DNA of 64,000 nucleotides from Amphiscolops sp. MND2022 (Eukaryota): NCBI GenBank assembly GCA_964187785.1, contig OZ076421.1, positions 34,410,001 to 34,474,000 of the forward strand, read 5' to 3'. Shown piece by piece: positions 60,401 to 64,000 of this stretch (position 1 is its first letter; each line of letters starts with the position of its first letter). The notes under the pieces were generated by a model. It saw only the letters and a program-made list of their open reading frames with translations, ran no database searches and was not told where the DNA came from. The position numbers and the translations under genes were made by a program.

Positions 60401-61818
60401 GAAGACACGGTTCGACGGAGTCGCGATTCTGAACCATGCTGCGAAACATTACACTTTCTTCATTCAAATTATTTGAACATTGGATTTCAAAAATTTCTGA
60501 ACTACACTGAATCTCTCGCTCAGAGTTGCATTATCAATTTCGGCATGCCTTATGATGTGAAAGTGACACATGGAGCTAACTTGAAAAACTGGAGGAGAAA
60601 CAGCTAACGCCTTTATATATGTTGGACTACACCAATGATATTGCAAGTTTGATCTCAAATGGACGAAAAAAACGAACAAAAATAAGTGATAGAGATCTTT
60701 GTACGGTATGAGAGGAAGATAGTCACTGACAACTTTGAAATAAATCCAGAAATTTGGAAGCACAATTCACTAGAAGCTTCGATGAGCACATGGAACCTGG
60801 AGAACAAGCTTCTTTGAGTCATTTAAAGTCCACGACAGAACATTGGTTATGCTGCAATTAAGGAAAAACAAGGCCCAAGTTGGCACCCCGTTTAAGACTG
60901 GAAAGAGCAGCTTTTAAATTCTGCTCAGGTACAGTTATTGATAGATTCTCAGAAAACTAACAGTGTCAAAAACACTCGAATGGAGACTCTTGAAGCTCGA
61001 AAAACCTGTTTCCGTGACTGAAAACATCACAAAACCCAAATTTTTGAATGAAGGTTTTTTTAAAGAAGTCACTCAGTTGTTTTTAAAACAAGAGCAAAAA
61101 GAAATAAAATTGGTGAAAACCAAGGTACCTCTTCAGCACACTGAGTTTCATAGCTTTGCTCGAGTACTTCGACCAAAAATCCATTGTTGACAGCTTTGGC
61201 ATCTTGAATCTGGGCCTGGATTCCACGACATTTATCAGATTGAAGGTACGTGCCAGCCAGACGCCTGGATCGGCTAGTTTGCGAGGACTACAAAAAGTAC
61301 ATTTACTGTCTAACTCGATTTTTTGTTTCAAGAATTGTGCAAGCTGAACCAAACTATATTCCATTAATATTTCGGCGCTCTGTCCAAGAAATTCAATTTG
61401 GGCAATTCTGACCTTTAATCGAGAAAGCTCAGCCAAAAAACAAAAGGGAGGAAAAAGTGAAACTCTAAAAGGCACACCGAAAACGACGAGCTCACCAATT
61501 TGAAAAAAAACTTTGCGACAAAAACCAAGACCGAAGGATAAAGTCCGTTTCAGTGGAAACGCTGGCGACACTGACTCGATACTCTTTCAAGCTCATCCCA
61601 GCCATCACGTACTTATGTCATATGCATTGCATGGTCGAAGGTGGAAAAGATGAAAGTAGTTTACGCCTAACCTTAGGCGAGCACTCTGATTCGTAGTTTT
61701 GCTCCAGAAGCTTTATAAGGAAATCGTTGTCATCAGCTCTTGCATCTTCCAGTTGTTCCTTAATACCTCTACATTTCTCTGATTCCCCAGATGACCGTTT
61801 CCTTCTTAGGAAACTCAA
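18328..61818 (-). CDS. Multi-exon host gene (5'-incomplete): 14 Cys-hairpin exons + 3 half-vWA-like repeats + CLCA-type beta-sandwich/FnIII region + TM + tail
   Basis: About 30 exons with mostly GT-AG boundaries and compatible phases (listed separately). CLCA signatures LLDNGANSDVTANDGVYSAYF, DVIPPARIIDL, FTPPGDDLDQ, YDVRIS and SPVSNVV. Joining the hairpin exons to the CLCA exons is inferred from strand and phase only. Confidence 0.65.
18813..19034 (-). CDS. CLCA-like exon: end of FnIII-like domain plus TM helix
   Basis: FAVGIRANDSVNASPVSNVVIV, then FVPVFVAALLVIGIILISTLLYM; GTAAGA donor. Confidence 0.9.
19590..19744 (-). CDS. CLCA-like exon (MKEVRYDVRISSNMSELYHNF...)
   Basis: cag/GTGAGT boundaries, phase 0 to 2; CLCA Y-x-IR-x-S...L..NF pattern. 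Confidence 0.85.
20989..21233 (-). CDS. CLCA-like exon (DVIPPARIIDL...FTPPGDDLDQ)
   Basis: Matches the CLCA PP-x-I-x-DL / TAPGDDLD motif; phase 1 to 0. Confidence 0.92.
21615..21780 (+). repeat. Interspersed repeat also present at ~49250-49410 and ~54176-54275
   Basis: Shared TTAACCCGGAATG...GATGCATCCAAAAATCTGGTGCTTAAACTTTAAACCGCAATATCTCC. Confidence 0.75.
22040..22192 (-). CDS. CLCA-like exon (NSDVTANDGVYSAYF...)
   Basis: Completes the DNGA..D...DGVYS.YF motif with the previous exon; phase 1 to 1; GTAAG donor. Confidence 0.92.
22817..22980 (-). CDS. CLCA-like exon (VVQAQLTWGDYHAVLGAEVNV...LLDNGA)
   Basis: CLCA GA.V.A and LLDNGA motifs; phase 2 to 1. Confidence 0.9.
23315..23703 (-). CDS. 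CLCA-like exon (CIGNWTVEV... with acidic low-complexity insertion)
   Basis: tttcag acceptor; IPLSGSK|CIGNW resembles CLCA IPG.A..G.W; donor position is less certain. Confidence 0.8.
24184..24363 (-). CDS. CLCA-like exon (FPEISITAP...VRFMIPLSGSK)
   Basis: 180 nt, cag/GTAAAT, phase 0-0. Confidence 0.8.
25045..25173 (-). CDS. CLCA-like exon (ISQLKMT...SVPIDGGDFLRVIFVL)
   Basis: 129 nt, cag/GTTAGT, phase 0-0. Confidence 0.75.
25569..26701 (+). repeat. ~1.13-kb intronic segment, repeated in inverted orientation at 53040-54167
   Basis: Shared spurious ORF (26320+ and 53102-); sequences match in reverse complement end to end with scattered substitutions. Confidence 0.9.
25610..25920. mobile_element. 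hAT-type MITE (311 bp)
   Basis: TIRs CAGAGTTTTGACA / TGTCAAAACCCTG; 8-bp TSD ATTTGAAG/AATTGAAG; internal TTAGCG repeats; second copy at ~53820-54130. Confidence 0.75.
27190..27528 (-). CDS. Host gene exon (AVNYDGALASPNVQIV...AKLSFE)
   Basis: 339 nt open frame, tag/GTGTTC, phase 0-0, beta-rich. Confidence 0.75.
28800..29900. repeat. Degenerate satellite, ~6 units of ~160-185 bp
   Basis: Recurring TTTTATGCAATTTTTGT...TTGGTGGCTTAGAA...GACGTTCAACAAGGAA blocks. Confidence 0.75.
30873..31031. mobile_element. Tc1/mariner-pogo-type MITE (159 bp)
   Basis: TA-CACTCAACTCCG...CGGAGTTGAGTG-TA. Confidence 0.85.
31101..31262 (-). CDS. vWA-like repeat 3, second exon (VIPGNLQSRSVIFSVVIIG...DMAHSLNGSLY)
   Basis: Strand-helix-strand pattern aligns with repeats 1 and 2; acceptor is ambiguous (TAGAG). 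Confidence 0.7.
31406..31579. mobile_element. pogo/Tigger-type MITE (174 bp)
   Basis: TA-CAGTCAACTCCG...CGGATTCCACTG-TA; related copy at ~59178-59346. Confidence 0.75.
31771..31857 (-). CDS. vWA-like repeat 3 exon (SIGASSVFSAKSIVLFCSHEENNYPYVDE)
   Basis: tgcag acceptor; IVLxxSxxxN..PYV motif shared with the other repeats; needs a GC donor. Confidence 0.6.
32695..32847 (-). CDS. vWA-like exon (EYSYLLLSDVIKDHSASVY...ATSGGTFTL)
   Basis: cacag/GTAATG, phase 0-0; aligns with YPQLLEMSDQANASVF of repeat 1. Confidence 0.7.
33323..33466 (-). CDS. vWA-like repeat 2 exon (NTVGMGGAITIHEIVLFTSAADNFRPYV...TVVYIQ)
   Basis: 144 nt, caag/GTACTG, phase 0-0. Confidence 0.75.
33845..33955 (-). CDS. Candidate exon (KRIYLVMVVPRRPRGSLKEPV...)
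   Basis: Locally GC-richer open frame with a GTATGA donor and a strand resembling CLCA vWA beta-1 (RIVCLV); acceptor and phase uncertain. Confidence 0.4.
34525..34732 (-). CDS. vWA-like repeat 1 exon (TYGPGGTTSPNSNFVLVVSNAETKGPYV...ANASVFDQ)
   Basis: catag acceptor, phase 0; probable AG|GCAATT (GC) donor. Confidence 0.8.
35854..36021 (-). CDS. Cys-hairpin exon H14 (C-x37-C, divergent)
   Basis: 168 nt, tttag/GTAAGT, phase 0-0: GAMNVESTCVTLNKAIEGLRQ...SYKSLGCSGSETDNEF. Confidence 0.75.
36829..36987 (-). CDS. Cys-hairpin exon H13 (C-x30-C)
   Basis: 159 nt, tgcag/GTTAGT, phase 0-0. Confidence 0.8.
37816..37968 (-). CDS. Cys-hairpin exon H12 (C-x30-C)
   Basis: 153 nt, tccag/GTAAGT, phase 0-0. 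Confidence 0.8.
39143..39283 (-). CDS. Cys-hairpin exon H11 (C-x28-C)
   Basis: 141 nt, ttcag/GTTAGT, phase 0-0. Confidence 0.8.
40857..40997 (-). CDS. Cys-hairpin exon H10 (C-x29-C)
   Basis: 141 nt, cgtag/GTTCGT, phase 0-0. Confidence 0.8.
41901..42053 (-). CDS. Cys-hairpin exon H9 (C-x29-C)
   Basis: 153 nt, cccag/GTGCGT, phase 0-0. Confidence 0.8.
42672..42818 (-). CDS. Cys-hairpin exon H8 (C-x29-C)
   Basis: 147 nt, ttcag/GTAGTT, phase 0-0; close paralog of H7. Confidence 0.85.
45329..45469 (-). CDS. Cys-hairpin exon H7 (C-x29-C)
   Basis: 141 nt, ttcag/GTAGTT, phase 0-0. Confidence 0.85.
46593..46730 (-). CDS. Cys-hairpin exon H6 (C-x29-C)
   Basis: 138 nt, tgtag/GTATTC, phase 0-0; not in the ORF track, translated by hand: ASAGSASTDGCEREQEVLDNGIRNGLGKATLEVLRDALLKCQSEKE. 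Confidence 0.85.
48185..48930 (-). mobile_element. Longer member of the same SINE-like family
   Basis: B box GGTTCGAGTCC at ~48888-48899 (minus strand), AAGGGTCCCC-type internal repeats, same 3' motif near 48195-48220. Confidence 0.6.
50214..50348 (-). CDS. Cys-hairpin exon H5 (RQRR site + C-x29-C)
   Basis: 135 nt, cacag/GTAAGG, phase 0-0: KDRQRRSSSESECEGLQARISAANQMGDDFLERMLQESYDSKCKE. Confidence 0.85.
51371..52853 (+). pseudogene. Decayed non-LTR retrotransposon (LINE, CR1/L2/Jockey-like) reverse transcriptase
   Basis: Frameshifted RT motifs FPESWK, KGDK...HRQISLLPIASKAFER, VVYIDFEKAFDKV, SGVPEGSLLEPLLF and CADD; may extend 5' to ~50500. Confidence 0.9.
53040..54167 (-). repeat. Inverted copy of 25569-26701, lying between the duplication units
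   Basis: Reverse-complement match, including the hAT MITE. Confidence 0.9.
55082..55216 (-). CDS. Cys-hairpin exon H4 (duplicate of H5)
   Basis: Same peptide as H5; one synonymous difference seen (TCT/TCC). Confidence 0.85.
56244..57733 (+). pseudogene. Second copy of the decayed LINE RT
   Basis: Same motifs (HRPISLLP here) inside duplication unit 2. Confidence 0.9.
58687..58833 (-). CDS. Cys-hairpin exon H3 (RIRR site + C-x29-C)
   Basis: 147 nt, tacag/GTAAGC, phase 0-0. Confidence 0.85.
59178..59346. mobile_element. Degenerate copy of the 31406 MITE family
   Basis: Shares CCGGATAATTC.GATCTTCGTT and CCCTAGCGATACGAATTAGGCGGATTC blocks. Confidence 0.7.
59795..60125 (-). mobile_element. tRNA-headed SINE-like element
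   Basis: Minus-strand A box TGGCCCAGTGG and B box GGTTCGAGTCC; 3' end TTTGAGCCT...GGCGCCGACTTGGG shared with other copies in the window. Confidence 0.65.
60292..60438 (-). CDS. Cys-hairpin exon H2 (RLRR site + C-x29-C)
   Basis: 147 nt, cgcag/GTAAGT, phase 0-0: HGSESRLRRTVSSSEECQTL...QEKCVE. Confidence 0.85.
61672..61818 (-). CDS. Cys-hairpin exon H1 (RRKR site + C-x29-C)
   Basis: 147 nt, tccag/GTTAGG, phase 0-0. Confidence 0.85.
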
Positions 61819-62679
61819 CTGGAAAGAGAATCATGATCATTAGAGAATTTCAAGAACAAAGAATGATTGACGTGCCGCGATCTGAACTAAAAAGCATTCC
61901 CTACACCTTTTCGAAAAAAATCACAGTAACCAATGGGAGCGAGAAGAGACAAAAATGACGTCATCATTGAGCGAAACCGGATATAAATCTAGGAAAACTC
62001 GTCGAAAAGAAACTCGCCGGAAATATGCAGAGAAAGTACAGAAAATCATCTCAGCCTAATATAGTACTAATTTTGTGATTGTACTGTACTACGAACAAAA
62101 GTATTAGATGGTAAACTATAAAAATAAAAGACATTTCAGGCAATTATACAGCAACTAAAAAACTGTAATCTGAAAAAAAATCACACATAATTGCGGAAAA
62201 TTAATCCATAATTTGCACTTCGCAATAAGCTTGTTTACTTCTGGTGGGTACGACGAACTTGCACGCAATAGATAGTGGACAAGTTAATTTTTTGAGCATT
62301 TTCCGCTCTTTAATTTCAGCGAGTTGTTTTCGACGAGTAATCCGCATTCCACCACATATCAATGGCTAAGTGCAACAACTGTTGAGGTAGAAACAATGCA
62401 CTGCACCAACAATTAATACAAGAATCGATATCCAGAACAGTGCCACTCAACCCACTACTTACATGATAAAAATATATGAACAAGCCAAATGAAAAACCAA
62501 AATGTCCCCTTATCGGACTAATTCATTGGTTTTTGGTCGGCGCTTTTATAAAATAAAAGAGCCCGACTATTACAGTGGCTAGTTTTTTTTCTTTTTTTTC
62601 GTCAGACTACAATCTCACTCTGATTGGGCCACTTTTCTTACAATCGAAACTACTAAAACTACTAGCATAAGAGGCCAAG

Positions 62680-63660
62680 TCCGGTCAGCGAAAATTAGTG
62701 CAAAAGGGTCCCCCCTTTCATTTTTACCTTTTTGACGTAACCTACAAAACCGGAAGAGACCAAAGGGTCCCCCCTTTCAATTTTTTTTCGGCACTGTGCG
62801 AATTTTTTTTCGAAATTTTTTTAAGGTCTCAAAAGAGTCCCCCCTTCGAGTTTTTTGATATTTTGCAACAGAATGTATGTTAATGAATCCCAAAGGGTCC
62901 CCCCTTTTCATTTTTCGGCACTATGCGACATTTTCGAAGTTTTTTTCAAAAAAAATTTTTCAAAAAAATTTTCAAATTTTATTTTGTTCCCAGTCGGGAA
63001 ACAGTGATTTTCCAGTCATATAGAGCATGAAAGGCACACTTTGGGTGTCTCCAAAGTGTTTTCAAAGCTTTTCATGAATACGTCCTGAGCATATTTAGAA
63101 AACTTTGCGCTTCCTGAGCCTTAGATATAGCGCCGACTTTAGACGTTCCCGTCTTGTTTAGACAGACTCGAATGCGACGAAAGTTTTGTTCAGTTTGTCC
63201 AACTAAACGAATACCTGGGAAACGCATCTAAGTTATCGCAAAGGGTCCCCCTTTTATTTTTTACTTCTTAAACGTAACATACGAAACCGGACGAGACTAA
63301 AGGGCCCTCTTCTCAATTTTTTAATATTTTGCAACAAATTGGAAGTTAAAAAAGCCCAAAGGGTCCCCCATTTACACTTTGGGAACTATGAGACAGTTTC
63401 AAAATTATCATTTTTCGTCAGAAATTAGGATTTTTCAAATAATATCCATCGAATAATTTTTCAACACTATTTTTGCGTTATATCCGAACTTTATTGCGTT
63501 TTTCTAAAAGCAGAGAAAACAAGCGAAACCATTCCTCTCAGAAAGAAACCTTTCGGTGTTTCGACACTTTTATGTGAGTTTTTTATTTTAAAAAGTCCTG
63601 AGCATATGTATTTGAAAAAATTTGCGTTTTTGAGCCTTAAGTGGGACGCCGATCTCGAGA
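62680..63660 (+). mobile_element. Two adjacent headless/truncated copies of the SINE-like family
   Basis: Repeated AAAGGGTCCCCC blocks; 3' motifs GAGCCTT...GCGCCGA at ~63115 and ~63632. Confidence 0.55.
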
Positions 63661-64000
63661 CTATAGATAGATCAATTGAAAAAAAAATTATTTCTGCTTC
63701 AATCTTTCATTAATAAAAGAATCATATCTGGAATACCAATACACCCCTGTTTAATCATTATTTAGCGCATAATTAATCACTGTACAAGTTTACACCGCCT
63801 TTAATTCTTCTCGGACTAAAGAAAATGTGTATAACTACTAAGCGTAGACGAAGTTTCGCATTCGCAATTGAATGCAGGTGAAGCTTTCAACAAACAAATA
63901 ATTAACACTCATTCGCTTCATCTCAATGACGTCAGCGTACGAATGCATAATTACCACTCGCTCGTTCCATCGCACGAGAATTGAAATGTCTTCGGCAGCT

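Noticed and set aside
61000-61571. 162-aa ORF and nearby ETGFS, faintly like a hAT C-terminal dimerisation region
   Set aside because: Only scattered residues match and frames are broken; left unassigned.
61930-61987. CCAAT, TGACGTCA and TATAAA in promoter-like order on the plus strand
   Set aside because: Opposite strand to the host gene, followed by only a very short ORF; such motifs arise by chance in AT-rich DNA.
35000-64000. CLCA metalloprotease (HExxH) exon or signal-peptide exon
   Set aside because: None found by eye; it may lie upstream of the window, so absence is not proven.

Overview
AT-rich eukaryotic (probably invertebrate animal) genomic DNA with two main parts. (1) 639-17300 is a complete, apparently intact 16.66-kb Polinton/Maverick (adintovirus-like) element with AGTAGT termini, ~0.3-kb terminal inverted repeats (TIRs) and a perfect 6-bp target-site duplication (TSD; GACATT). 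It encodes a protein-primed DNA polymerase B, a cysteine protease, major and minor capsid proteins, a basic core protein, an integrase, a packaging ATPase and accessory ORFs, and carries an internal 498-bp tandem array. (2) 18328 to at least 61818 (minus strand) can be assembled by eye into one multi-exon host gene of roughly 1700 aa. Its C-terminal half is clearly CLCA-like (calcium-activated chloride channel regulator: beta-sandwich region, LLDNGA...DGVYSAYF, FnIII-like PPARI...PGDDLD, one TM helix, tail). Upstream are three tandem repeats resembling half of a vWA domain. Upstream of those is an array of 14 phase-0/phase-0 exons, each encoding a predicted helical hairpin bracketed by two Cys (C-x28-30-C in 13 of 14); the five most 5' begin with furin-type RxxR sites. 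No CLCA metalloprotease (HExxH) exon or signal-peptide exon was seen in the window. Introns hold tRNA-headed SINE-like repeats, MITEs, a degenerate satellite, and a recent tandem duplication (~3.7-kb unit, ~4.87-kb offset) that copied one hairpin exon together with a decayed LINE. All family calls come from motif recognition by eye; no database searches were run, and joining the hairpin exons to the CLCA exons in one transcript is inferred.
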